From a virus (lineage: Duplodnaviria; Caudoviricetes), in IMG/VR virus record IMGVR_UViG_3300032164_000017, positions 1-57,778 of that record: a DNA stretch of 57,778 bases. The stretch is one strand, 5' to 3'. This document shows positions 9,636 to 20,000 of the stretch, piece after piece; the first letter of the stretch is position 1, and every line of letters starts with the position of its first letter. A program made the position numbers and the translations under genes. The notes below the pieces were generated by a model. That model saw only the letters and a program-made list of their open reading frames with translations, searched no databases and was not told the DNA's origin.

Positions 9636-10602
9636 GGACAAGAAGACCGAGAAGAAGCCCGAGAAGAAGCCCGAGAAGCAGATGACCAAGGACGACAAGA
9701 ACATCATCCAGGTGCCCGTCGATGACATCGTCCTCGAGAAGGGTGCCAACCCACGTCAGACCTTCGATCGAGAAAGACTGACCAACCTGGCGCAGTCCAT
9801 GAAGCACGTGGGTCTGATGAACCCCCTCACGGTTCGTCTGAAGGACGGCAAGTACTACCTTGTGGCGGGTGAGCGTCGCTACAAGGCTGCCAAGATCGCA
9901 GGCTTCAAGACGGTGCCCGTGCAGATCAAGACGTACACCGATGGACAAGCGACCTATGCGCGCTTCACCGAGAACGCGCAGCAGGAGAAGCTCAATCCCA
10001 TCGAGTTCGCACAGTCGCTTCAAGGCATGATCGGGCAGACCATCGAGCGCCCCGCGACGGAGGGCAAGCCCGCCAAGCCCGAGGTCGTCAACGCCAAGAT
10101 CGCGGCGGAGATCGCGAACATCTCGCAGGCCGCAGTGAGCCAGTATCTCGCGCTCCTGGCGTTGCCCAAGCCGATCCAGGAAGATCTTCGGGGAGGCAAG
10201 GTGACCTTCGCCCAGGCACGCGTCATCTGCGGTGCCAAGGAACACGATGAGCAGATGAAGCTCTACAGCAAGATCAAGTCCGGAGAGACCAAGCGTGCTT
10301 CGGACGTCAAGGACGCTGCCGAGAAACAGCGCGCCAAGAAGGCGACCAAGTCCGATGGCAAGCGCCGGGGGCGCCCGCCACAGACTGATTCCGACAAGCC
10401 CAGCATCCGTCAGGGCCTGGAGGAAGCTCTCGAGCGTCTGCGTCAGGTGAAGCTCGAAGTGCGGGCGAACAAGGAAGTGCGTGAAGGCCTCGCCACTGCG
10501 TACGAGCGCTTCGACCGCTCCAAGAGCGACGACAAGAAGCTCTTCTACCGTGGGGTCATCGCGGCGCTGGAGTGGAACGCCGGTCTGCGCGAAAGCTTCT
10601 AG
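9547..10602 (+). CDS. ParB/Spo0J-family protein with AT-hook-like motif
   Basis: NPRQTFD, GLMNPLTVR, LVAGERRYKA, ENAQQEKLNPIE, HTH (IAAEIANISQAAVSQYLAL), KRRGRPP. Confidence 0.88.
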   Translation: MTTEKMTEQPTKPATPPPAPKMEAKPSNGEDKKTEKKPEKKPEKQMTKDDKNIIQVPVDDIVLEKGANPRQTFDRERLTNLAQSMKHVGLMNPLTVRLKDGKYYLVAGERRYKAAKIAGFKTVPVQIKTYTDGQATYARFTENAQQEKLNPIEFAQSLQGMIGQTIERPATEGKPAKPEVVNAKIAAEIANISQAAVSQYLALLALPKPIQEDLRGGKVTFAQARVICGAKEHDEQMKLYSKIKSGETKRASDVKDAAEKQRAKKATKSDGKRRGRPPQTDSDKPSIRQGLEEALERLRQVKLEVRANKEVREGLATAYERFDRSKSDDKKLFYRGVIAALEWNAGLRESF

Positions 10603-11435
10603 TTCACCAGCACATCGCTACTGTTGCGAATGTTCAATCTCAACAGTCGCGATTTCAAATCCTGAAGTGCTTCCTCTTTGATCTGCCGTACACGCTCAGA
10701 ACATACTCCGAGTTTCTGTGCAATCTCACGTAACGTCTTGGGCTCTTCACGCAATCCGAAGTACGCAATGACGACGTACGCCTGACGATCTTTCATGGAT
10801 CTCAGAATTTCATGAAGCAGCCCTAGCGCGTGCTGTTCCAACGCTTCATGTTCATGATTGCCGATGATCGCTTCAGCTTGTTCGGCCGCGTCTTCGAAGG
10901 AAACGTAGCTGAGTCCTACGACTTGACCTTGCTGACGAGCCCGGTGATGTTCTTTTTGTTTGTAGGGTGGGATGTGAACTAGCGAGGATTCGTACAGCTC
11001 TGTGCGTATCGCTTCTGAGATCCACCACGCTGCGTACGTCAAGAAACGCGTGGTGTAACGTTCAGCATCACATTGACGCAAGCGTGCAGTGCAGTGACTG
11101 CACCGTTGGTGTTTGGATGCTGCGACGAAGTTCTGTTTCCCACACCGTCGACATTTGATGACCCAGGGTCGGTAGCGATCGACTGCGACCATCAGACCTA
11201 CGTTACCCGCTGCGATGAGGTTCTTCAGGAACTCGGTATCGCCGCGGTAGTACTGTTTCGCGGTCTTGATGACGAAACGCAGATTGCCTTCAACAAGTCT
11301 GCGTTTCGCATCAAGGTCGCCGTGCTGATGGTAGCGTTCGAAGAGGGCTTGTTCTTCACTGGCGTTTTCGGGCATGCGCGCAGAACTGACGTCTCTGAAG
11401 TATTGTGCGTAAATTCGATCCTCTTCAAAGCGCAC
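10599..11435 (-). CDS. sigma70-family RNA polymerase sigma factor with Zn-ribbon insertion
   Basis: LVEGNLRFVIKTAK (2.1), LIAAGNVGLMVAVDRY (2.2), RFLTYAAWWI (2.3), TLREIAQKLGVCSERVRQIKEEAL (4.2). Confidence 0.9.
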   Translation of the reverse strand: MRFEEDRIYAQYFRDVSSARMPENASEEQALFERYHQHGDLDAKRRLVEGNLRFVIKTAKQYYRGDTEFLKNLIAAGNVGLMVAVDRYRPWVIKCRRCGKQNFVAASKHQRCSHCTARLRQCDAERYTTRFLTYAAWWISEAIRTELYESSLVHIPPYKQKEHHRARQQGQVVGLSYVSFEDAAEQAEAIIGNHEHEALEQHALGLLHEILRSMKDRQAYVVIAYFGLREEPKTLREIAQKLGVCSERVRQIKEEALQDLKSRLLRLNIRNSSDVLVN

Positions 11436-11461
11436 GGCAACCTCCCCGGGTTAGTGGCGCA

Positions 11462-11491
11462 AGTATATCAAATTAACCCTCAAAGATGCAA
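11462..11491 (-). promoter_or_regulatory. putative host-sigma70 promoter for the phage sigma gene
   Basis: Minus strand TTGCAT-N18-TATACT with extended -10 (TGn) in an AT-rich divergent gap. Confidence 0.55.
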
Positions 11492-11537
11492 TTTTTGCTA
11501 TCGTTAATGTTTATCTAACCGACATTCGACGAGGGGC

Positions 11538-11567
11538 TTGACATACGAAAAGTTGCCGAGGTAGGCT
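11538..11567 (+). promoter_or_regulatory. putative host-sigma70 promoter for the replication operon
   Basis: TTGACA-N18-TAGGCT upstream of AGGAG RBS and ATG 11602. Confidence 0.55.
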
Positions 11568-11601
11568 CAGAGCCTCGCACACACCTAGGAGAAGAGACAA
11601 C

Positions 11602-12603
11602 ATGGCGAAGACAACCAAGGGCCAAGAATCCACCCCTACCACCCCCGAAACGGAGGCTTCAGCACCAGGAAACGGCGGTACCCCACCACCCGGAACCAAT
11701 CTCCCCGCTACCACCCAGGCCGCACCCACGCTGGACGAGTACCGCCAGGTGTTCGCTCCGGCTCGGGATGCCATGATCACAAAGCTCGAGGCGCTCTCAG
11801 CGAGCTTGACCGATGCTCCCAAGGCCGCAGTCGAACAGCTCATCAAGTCCGCGAATCCGCACCGTAAGGGTCGTGAAGAGATGGAGTCCAGGTGGCTGAT
11901 CCCCACCATCCGTCTCGTGCAGGGCATGACCAAGGAAAAGCCCGATAAGGCTGTTCCGGGTGATCTCTTCACCACGAGCGGCTACATCTTGCCACAGCCC
12001 TTCAAGGTGACACCGCTCTACACCTTCCAGGCCAACCGCATGTTCCCCGAAAGCGGTGGAGGTGGCAACAAAGCTCCGGTGTGTTTCGCACCGGATGCCA
12101 AGTACGGCAAGCCGTTCGGGGAGTGCCTCAGGTGCGCCAACCTACCTCTGGGCCAGAATGCAGCCGGCGCCATCACAGACTGCGACAACGGCCTCTGCTT
12201 CGTGGTGCTGTCCGAAGACCTGAAGCTCTATCGCATGGAGTTCTTCAAGACGAGTCGCAAAGCTGGCGTTCGCATGGATCAACTCTCGGCTGCCTGTGAC
12301 AATATCTGGGAACGCTGGTTCACGATCAAGACCCAGACCCAGACCGGGGGTGGCAACGAGTGGTCCGTCTTCCGCGTGGCAGCAGCGGGCGAAGACACGC
12401 CTCCGCACATCCGGGCAGCTGCGGACATCCTCTACGATCTCATTCACGCCGAACGCAAGGTCTTCCTCAAGCTCTACTACGACTCCATCGCACGCGGTGA
12501 CGCGGTGGCGGCAGGCGTCAACGAGCAGGTCGATCTCAATGCCATGGGCATGAATACCGAGGCGGGAGGAGACAACCCGGACCTGTCGGACGGGGGGATC
12601 TAG
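11602..12603 (+). CDS. putative single-stranded DNA-binding protein
   Basis: First gene of replication cluster; IPTIRLVQ motif, Cys cluster, acidic tail ending hydrophobic (DNPDLSDGGI); function inferred. Confidence 0.5.
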   Translation: MAKTTKGQESTPTTPETEASAPGNGGTPPPGTNLPATTQAAPTLDEYRQVFAPARDAMITKLEALSASLTDAPKAAVEQLIKSANPHRKGREEMESRWLIPTIRLVQGMTKEKPDKAVPGDLFTTSGYILPQPFKVTPLYTFQANRMFPESGGGGNKAPVCFAPDAKYGKPFGECLRCANLPLGQNAAGAITDCDNGLCFVVLSEDLKLYRMEFFKTSRKAGVRMDQLSAACDNIWERWFTIKTQTQTGGGNEWSVFRVAAAGEDTPPHIRAAADILYDLIHAERKVFLKLYYDSIARGDAVAAGVNEQVDLNAMGMNTEAGGDNPDLSDGGI

Positions 12604-12627
12604 CTTCATCACCTCGGAGACCGTATT

Positions 12628-12662
12628 CCGCTGGCTTGCGACTGCACATCGCAAGCCAGCGG
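12628..12662 (+). terminator. perfect 14-bp stem-loop after putative SSB (terminator or mRNA-stabilising hairpin)
   Basis: CCGCTGGCTTGCGA-ctgcaca-TCGCAAGCCAGCGG; only a weak U-tract follows. Confidence 0.55.
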
Positions 12663-12693
12663 CGTGCGTTTGATCTATCCAAAGGATTACAGC

Positions 12694-13527
12694 ATGACCA
12701 CTAACAATGCGATCATGAAACACGCTCCGTGGTCTTATTCCAAAGTCAACGCAGCACTGACCTGTCCCTTCAACTTTCACCAAAAGTACGTGAAGAAGGC
12801 GAAGGCTGTTGTAGCTGAGGCCCAGGAAACGCGCATTGGAGTGGTTGTTCACAAGATTTTGGAGTGGACGGATATGGGACTCAGTGTCAACGAGGCCTTT
12901 GTCCGTGCGATGGATTCTTTCGACTTGACGCACGCAGTTGCACTCGAAGTACAGACGTTTCGAGCGGCGGTTGAAGAGTGGGTGGCAGGGTTGGCATCCT
13001 TCTGTACGAAATACAAAGTCGTCAAGCGGTATCCTGAGAAAAAAGTTGCACTCAATCAGCATTTCATGATCACCGGCTACAACAGTGACGACTGCCTCAT
13101 TCGAGGCAACATCGATTTAACCCTATTCACGGGCTACGGACAGGGCGTGGTTATTGATCACAAGAGTGGCACACTCAAGAAAATCGACTACCACCAAGAT
13201 CAGCTCGAGTTGTATTGCATCATGGCTGATGCGCTGGTCAAAGGTGTAACCAGCGTTCGTGCAGCATTGCACTTCGTGGGAGCAGACCCCAATAGAAAAG
13301 GAAAGAGAACCACCTGGTTGCCGGAGTATAGCGTCGACGTGGTTCGTTCGACGTTCCGCAACAAGTGGATGAGTCTCCTCGAGCGTGCTGCACTTGTAGC
13401 AGAGGATGTTGATCCTCAACCAAAGCCGTGCTGGCTATGCAACTTCTGTGGCTATCAGTCGGTATGCCCGGGGAGGATGCCTACGAATGCCAGGGAAGAA
13501 AGGCGGGAAGCAAGCTCAGAGCAGTAA
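12694..13527 (+). CDS. PD-(D/E)XK exonuclease, RecB/Cas4-like
   Basis: WSYSK...CP, IRGNIDL, VIDHKSG, QLELY, CWLCNFCGYQSVCP. Confidence 0.85.
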   Translation: MTTNNAIMKHAPWSYSKVNAALTCPFNFHQKYVKKAKAVVAEAQETRIGVVVHKILEWTDMGLSVNEAFVRAMDSFDLTHAVALEVQTFRAAVEEWVAGLASFCTKYKVVKRYPEKKVALNQHFMITGYNSDDCLIRGNIDLTLFTGYGQGVVIDHKSGTLKKIDYHQDQLELYCIMADALVKGVTSVRAALHFVGADPNRKGKRTTWLPEYSVDVVRSTFRNKWMSLLERAALVAEDVDPQPKPCWLCNFCGYQSVCPGRMPTNAREERREASSEQ

Positions 13528-16500
13528 AACCAGTACATCAGCCATCAAACAGATCTGGGGGCAAATAGACGCCAACGACTGGTTGCACATTCTGCGTACG
13601 GCGCGTCCGTCCACGAACTGGACCTACGCGAGGAGACAGATCAAGGGGAAGTGTCCCTTCCATGAGGACAGCCAAGCTTCGTTCATCATAGACCTCGACC
13701 GGCAGCAGGCGAAGTGCTGGGGCGGCGACTGCGGCAAGTACTACTGGGACCCCGTTCGGTTCTTCAAGGACCTGAACGAGGGGAACATGACCTACCCGAA
13801 GGCCCTTCTCGAGCTGAAGGACCGCTTCAACATCAAGATCTCGAAGCACCTCATCAGCGAGGTGGGCAAGCGCCAGCGCCACCGCGACATGAAGAAGTTG
13901 CTCTTCGAGGTGATGCGGGGAGAGCTGATTGATTGTGTCGCGATGCGGCGCATGCCCTCGCCGGAGCCCGATTTGTTTTACGCGCGAGATGCCGTCACGT
14001 ACCTCGAGCAGCGCGGCATCAAGGACATGTACCACTTCCTGCCCATCGGCGTGTTCCCGCCGAAGCTCCGTCTCGAACGATTGATCAACAACCGCCTCCA
14101 GCTCATGCCCAAGGAGAAGTCACAGTACTTCAAGGGCGTGTGGGAGGAGATCGCGACGTATCTCGATGCGCCCTGGAACGACACCGCCTGGATGGGCGCG
14201 CTCGTGTTCTTTACGGGCTCGAGCCCGAACGACGTCTGCAAACTGAAGTTGCGCAAGGTCCCCCACCGCCAGGGCAACATGTACATGCCCCAGGACTTCT
14301 CCAAGGACATCTGCTTCGTACACGATGACAACGAACTGAACAACGGCGCCTTCGGGCTCTTCGGCGTGCCTCCCTACTGGCAGCACATCGGAAAAGAGAA
14401 CCAGACCTTCCACTGGGTGGAAGGGGAATTTGATGCGCTGACCATCATGTACAACCAGTTCATCGATGGCGGGCAGATCTTGTCGATGGTGTTCGCAGGC
14501 GGGGGAAGCTCGACGTGCGGCTTGGACGCGCTGAAGGGCTTCCGCTTCGACATGGGCTACGTCGTGGGTGACCTCGACGACAAGGGCCCCGCCTTCATCC
14601 AGAAGGTCCTCGAGCAGACCTCGCACCTGCCGGTGAAGGTCTTTGAGTGGCCCGATGAGTACAAGCGCGACTTGCAGAACAAGCCGCTGGACAAGAACGA
14701 CCCCGACAAAGCGGTGATCATGCGGGGCCTGGAGAAGTTCCAGCGCGAGCTGCGCGATGAGACGAACTTCACTCCGCCGCACGTGTGGTGCCTCGCGGGT
14801 GCCTCGAAGGAGATGAGCGGCATCGATCGCGATGACATCCGGCAGCTCACGAACAAGGCGGCGAACTGGGGGAGGTACGTTCGCGATGAAAGTGAACAGC
14901 ACGTCTTTGTGAACGAGTTGTCGAAGCGCTTCGGGGTTTCTTCGGGACAGATCCTCTCCGAGATCAAAGTCGGTGATGAAGACGAGGATGCGTTCATCGA
15001 GCGGCTGCGTGCAACCTTCGCAAGTCGTCTTCAACCCATGCATGCTTACCGCACCGCTACGTCCCATATGATGCGTGTATGGGATCGGCAGACTCAGGAC
15101 ATCTACGAGTTCGCGATTGCTGAGAAACCGCGCATCCTGACGACGATCTCTGCGATGTCTGGAAAAGATCCACTCCAGTTTGTGAAAGATGAAGTGGGTG
15201 AACCTTCATTCTTGGAAGTCGATGAGGATGAATCAAAGAGCACGTACATCGCACGAAGCAACAAATGTGCGGACTACATCTCGTACGCGATTACGCGGCT
15301 CTCGAATGCCTTACCAGCAGATTCGTTGGTGCGTCGCATGGGTGCCGGTTTGCACTGTGTCGCGCCCACTCTCGATGACCCTGACGAGATTTTTCGACTT
15401 TACCTGGTAAACGGGACAGCTCTTTATCGGGGTGATTACAACGACCTCGGGAATGTAGTCTGGCGGCGGATGCCAGGACCCTGTGACGGCTCCATTGTCA
15501 TACATGCAGAAGGTGCAATCCGACCACGTAAGCTCTTGCCCTTTATCAATTCCGAAGCTGATCTCAACAAGCAATCCACCATAGGGTTGCGTGAGATGTA
15601 CGACACCCTGTTTGGAATGATCAGCAAAGGCTGGGTCTTCAAACAGCACGTCGTCACGTCTGAACTCCTGGCCGCGGCGACAATGTTGCTTCCCGTGGCT
15701 GCTTGCGTACCGCGTCAACCCATCTTCATTCTCAACGCAGAAGCCTCGAGCGGTAAATCGAGCTTCATCGGTGGGTTCATCGGACGTACGAACTTGCCAT
15801 CCGTCAACGTGATTCATCAAGCGTACTATACGGACAACTACACTGTAGCGGGAATTCGTCAATCATCGAATCACGGTAGCTTCTGTATCTGTCTCGATGA
15901 ATTCGAAGACAAAGGCGGCAATGACCGACGCAGTGGCGTTATTCGAGGGGTGCTTCAGCTCTTCCGAGGGCACTCCAATGAAGAAGGCACCACACTCATG
16001 GGCACAGCACACGGCGTAGCTCAAGAGTTTCGATTTCATTGCATGGGTTTTGTAGCAGGTATCCGAGGTCTGGAGGACATTGCTGACATCAGCCGGTTCA
16101 TCCAGATCGAGATGAACAAGCAAGTACATCGTGAATCTCCTGAGACAGCTCTTCTGCGTGAGTTCGGTGCGGAGAGAATTCAAGAGGTACGGAATAACCT
16201 ACCGCTCTTGATGTTTCAGCATGCGAAAGAGTTCCGCGAGGCCTACTACCGCATCGTAGAAGAGTACCGTGGTGGCGGTGGGCTTGAATTCGGGAAGATG
16301 ACACGAAGTCTCAGTCACTTCTATCCCATGATGGCCATCATGTCGATCTGTGGAAAGGACTACCACAAGTTCATCCATTCCTACTTCAAGCAGCACCGGC
16401 GTAATCTCGAACGCGTGGCTAGCCTCGCGTTGAACAGCGATCTCCTGGATGATGTGTTCTATACACCTGCCATCCGCATGCCGACTCTCGAAGGATCGCG

Positions 16501-17032
16501 TCCACGTAGTGTGAATGAGATTTTGAACGGCGATCAACCGGAGATTCTGAATCAATCTGGCAGCGGGGTTTACTACGACCGTGCACGGAAGTGGTTGGTA
16601 GTACATTGGCCTGCTGCCAAAGGTGAACTGGTCCGTAACAAAGAACTTCGTGACAAGTCTTCGGACCTCCTGGTGCAGTACGCATCTCGCAGTCCCTACT
16701 GTGTACCTGATGAAGAAGCACGGCGTGATGGCGTGTTTGCGCGCCTCCACAAGTACATGGGTGCAGCCATCTTCAGAAACTCGTACACGGTGTTCGATGT
16801 TACGACCATCGTGAATGCAGCTGCACAGGTACCCAAAGCTAAAGGTCGCGAAGACATCGACATGCTCGATGAGTACCGTGAGAAATTTTCAAGAGTCGTC
16901 ACACCGAAGCCGCCGGTACGTGCGAAAAAAGCGGAGGTCAGTGGTACAAGTAGTGGCTCTTCACCCGTTACTGTCACGTCAGATGCGTCTTCGGACGATG
17001 ATGATGATGACGATGGAGGTTTGAACTATTGA
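13487..17032 (+). CDS. primase-helicase fusion (CHC2 Zn finger + TOPRIM + P-loop helicase)
   Basis: KCPFHED...CWGGDC; VEGEFDAL and GDLDDKG TOPRIM acidic motifs; AEASSGKS Walker A, CLDEFE Walker B; GGAGG before ATG 13487. Confidence 0.85.
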   Translation: MPGKKGGKQAQSSKTSTSAIKQIWGQIDANDWLHILRTARPSTNWTYARRQIKGKCPFHEDSQASFIIDLDRQQAKCWGGDCGKYYWDPVRFFKDLNEGNMTYPKALLELKDRFNIKISKHLISEVGKRQRHRDMKKLLFEVMRGELIDCVAMRRMPSPEPDLFYARDAVTYLEQRGIKDMYHFLPIGVFPPKLRLERLINNRLQLMPKEKSQYFKGVWEEIATYLDAPWNDTAWMGALVFFTGSSPNDVCKLKLRKVPHRQGNMYMPQDFSKDICFVHDDNELNNGAFGLFGVPPYWQHIGKENQTFHWVEGEFDALTIMYNQFIDGGQILSMVFAGGGSSTCGLDALKGFRFDMGYVVGDLDDKGPAFIQKVLEQTSHLPVKVFEWPDEYKRDLQNKPLDKNDPDKAVIMRGLEKFQRELRDETNFTPPHVWCLAGASKEMSGIDRDDIRQLTNKAANWGRYVRDESEQHVFVNELSKRFGVSSGQILSEIKVGDEDEDAFIERLRATFASRLQPMHAYRTATSHMMRVWDRQTQDIYEFAIAEKPRILTTISAMSGKDPLQFVKDEVGEPSFLEVDEDESKSTYIARSNKCADYISYAITRLSNALPADSLVRRMGAGLHCVAPTLDDPDEIFRLYLVNGTALYRGDYNDLGNVVWRRMPGPCDGSIVIHAEGAIRPRKLLPFINSEADLNKQSTIGLREMYDTLFGMISKGWVFKQHVVTSELLAAATMLLPVAACVPRQPIFILNAEASSGKSSFIGGFIGRTNLPSVNVIHQAYYTDNYTVAGIRQSSNHGSFCICLDEFEDKGGNDRRSGVIRGVLQLFRGHSNEEGTTLMGTAHGVAQEFRFHCMGFVAGIRGLEDIADISRFIQIEMNKQVHRESPETALLREFGAERIQEVRNNLPLLMFQHAKEFREAYYRIVEEYRGGGGLEFGKMTRSLSHFYPMMAIMSICGKDYHKFIHSYFKQHRRNLERVASLALNSDLLDDVFYTPAIRMPTLEGSRPRSVNEILNGDQPEILNQSGSGVYYDRARKWLVVHWPAAKGELVRNKELRDKSSDLLVQYASRSPYCVPDEEARRDGVFARLHKYMGAAIFRNSYTVFDVTTIVNAAAQVPKAKGREDIDMLDEYREKFSRVVTPKPPVRAKKAEVSGTSSGSSPVTVTSDASSDDDDDDDGGLNY

Positions 17033-20000
17033 GTTCGTTGGATAAAAAACCACCATGCAGCGCTTGCGCCTTTTATCATGAGAGGCGCATCGCTGCACGG
17101 GGGTCCAACAAAGCGCTCATTGTTTTAGTGGGCGATTGTCCTTCGCCACAGTTCCCTGAGGGAGGAGAACCCTTCCAGGATCGTAACGGTATCTCGATAG
17201 GCATGGCTCTGAAGCGTCTTCAGGTGTACTACAACACTTTGCCCAACGGTCCGGCACGGTGGTTTAATCTGAAGCCCTACAAGACCTACGTGGTGCAGTG
17301 CGTCCACGTCGACAAACCTAAAAAAGATATCGTCACACGCTGTCGTCAGACCTACCTTGACGTCGACCTCGCCATCATCAAGCCACGTCTCGTCATTGCC
17401 TGTGGCGCCATGCCTTTGCAAACGCTCTTGCGTGACCCGAAAGCGGCGTTCGAAGACAACCGTGGTTCATTCATCGCACGTACCTTATCTGTGGGTGAGA
17501 GTGAACAGCACCCCTACGAACTCTTCACAACGTATTCTCCCAAAGCGGTGCTCGCGAAGCCTGGTCTCTACGATGAGATGTATCGTGATTTACAGCGTGC
17601 ATTCCTGCACGCAGAAGGTTGCGACGCGGTTACAGTCATTCCGGAAGAGACGCTCCGCAAGAATTATCGCTTTCCCGATACGGTCCAAGAAGTCAAAGAA
17701 GTGTGCGATGAAATACTCACATACGCCAATAACGGTGCGGACCCGAACAAACACTTCATCGCGGTAGATATCGAGACCTCGTGTCTGGAAATGCACGACC
17801 CCACAGCGAAGATCATCATGGTCTCTTTCGCCTGGGCGCGCATGCGAGCGACGTCCATCTTCATCGATCATCCACGGAGACGCTGGTCTCCAGAAGATCG
17901 AGAACAGATCGTTGCACATGTGCGACGAGTACTAGCATCTGACAAACCCAAAGTCCTTCATCACGAGAAATTCGACCGGCAAGGTATCGTGCATCGATAC
18001 GGCTGGGAATTGAACAACGTGGTCTGGGACACCATGGGCGGTGAACACCTCCTCGAAGAAGACAAGAAGGGTGCGTATGGACTGAAGATACTCACTCGTT
18101 CGCGTCTTCCCGAGTACGCAGGTTACGAAGACAAGGTCGCTGAGATTCGCGAAGAGCATGGTGGTGGTACGCGGGCTGATGAAGCCAAGCGCTTTCGCAA
18201 AGCAACGCTCGAGTATCAAAAGGCGTGTACAGAGTACACCACTCTGATGAGCGAATACGACCTCTCCTACGGTACCTACCTGACGGAACTTACGGAGTGG
18301 GAAGCCAAAAAAGACGCAGAGAAGTTGCGTGCGGATGCTGCACGCAAAGCCAAAGAGCCCGACAAGACATTGCGGTCCATGAACAAAGATGCGTATGGAC
18401 CGAAACCAAAGAAACCGCACAAGCCGAAGGAGCCCAAAGAACCTGTACACCATGAGCCCTTCGACTTCACGATGATCGATCCAGAGGATCTGAAGCTGTA
18501 TGCGGGTGTTGATGCAGACGTGACGCGTCAACACGCCGTCACACAGAACACGCGGATGGCCGCAGAGCACAAGAAGGATGTGGCTGACTGCCTACGCTTC
18601 AAGAAGACACCTCCGCTGCCTTTCAAACGGCTCATGAGCACGCACGTCATTCCGACCAGTCGTACGCTAGCGGACATCGAGTTCACGGGTTTCCCTGTGG
18701 ACTTGCCTTACCTGGAAGAGCTGGATGCAAAACTCGAAATTAAAGTAGCCGAAGCGCAGTCCAAGCTTTTTGAGATGGCGGGCGGTGAGTTTGTGATCGA
18801 TAACCCAGCGGCGCTGGGCAAGATCATGTTCAACGACGGGTTCTACCAGAACGGGCAGAAGGTTCTGGTTCCTCGTGACAGCAACATCAAGCACACCAGT
18901 CGAGGACAGACCAAATCCGATGAGGGAACGCTGAAGTACATTGCGAACACGTATGGCTTCGACTTCCCGCGTCTGATCTTGGACTATCGGAAAGCTCGCA
19001 AGGCGCGGGCACCCTTCCTCATCAACGTTCGTGAGCATGCTCGCTTCGATCGACGCATGCATGCTTCATTTCACTTAGCGGGTACGGGTACAGGGCGGCT
19101 GTCTTCGTCCAATGAGAATTTGCAAAACATCCCCAAGAAGCTGGCGGGAGTCAATATCAAGAAGATCTTCATTCCGCCTCCGGGATACACGCTCATCAAC
19201 ACAGATGCGAAGGGCGCAGAGATTCGCATCTTCGCTACCTACTCCCACGATGAAAAGTTGATCAAAGCCATCCTTGATGGTCTCGATACGCACAGTTTCT
19301 TCACTTCTCAGGTCTTCGGTGTCACCTACGAAGATGTCGAGATGGCGCGTGATCTGTGCGACCGCTACTACGCGGGTGAGCCCATTGATGGAGCGATCGT
19401 CAAAAACGCAGAGGCGCTGGTCCGCAAACGCACCAACTGCAAACGTGTGGTCTTCGGTACTCTCTACGGGGCCATGGCTGCCAAGATTGCAGAGACCGCG
19501 GGCATCTCGCTCGAGGAAGCTCAACGGGTCATCGATTTGATGTTCAAGATGTTCCCGTCGATCCCAGCCTACATCGAGAGCACCCAGAATGAAGTACGCT
19601 TCTTCAACTGGGTGGCCACACTCACAGGCCGCAAGCGACGTTTTCCGCTTTCGGTAGTGCGCATGTTCCGCAACCGCTGCTTCCGGCAGGCGGTGAATTT
19701 CAAGATTCAGAGCACCAGTTCAGACATCGTGCTCTGGGTCATGAATCAAATTCACCCGGTTGTGAAGCATGATCTGCGGGGTCAATTCCACGCCACTGTG
19801 CACGATTCGATCGTGTTCTCGGTTCCACACGCGTACGTGCCTCAGGTCAAGGACATCATGTACGAGTACGGAACTCGACGAGCACAGATTGAATTTCCCT
19901 GGCTTTCTGTGCCTTTCTTGTGGGATGTTGAAGCAGGTCCTTCCTACGGTGAAGTCACCGACGTCAACAAATACCTACAAGGACAGCTCTATCATGACAA

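Noticed and set aside
9647-9679. CCGAGAAGAAGC tandem repeat (also GQGQ-coding repeat near 27478-27530)
   Set aside because: In-frame low-complexity linkers, not independent DNA elements.
5569-13527. The two Cas4-like nucleases as CRISPR adaptation genes
   Set aside because: Stand-alone PD-(D/E)XK nucleases are common in phage replication modules; no cas context.
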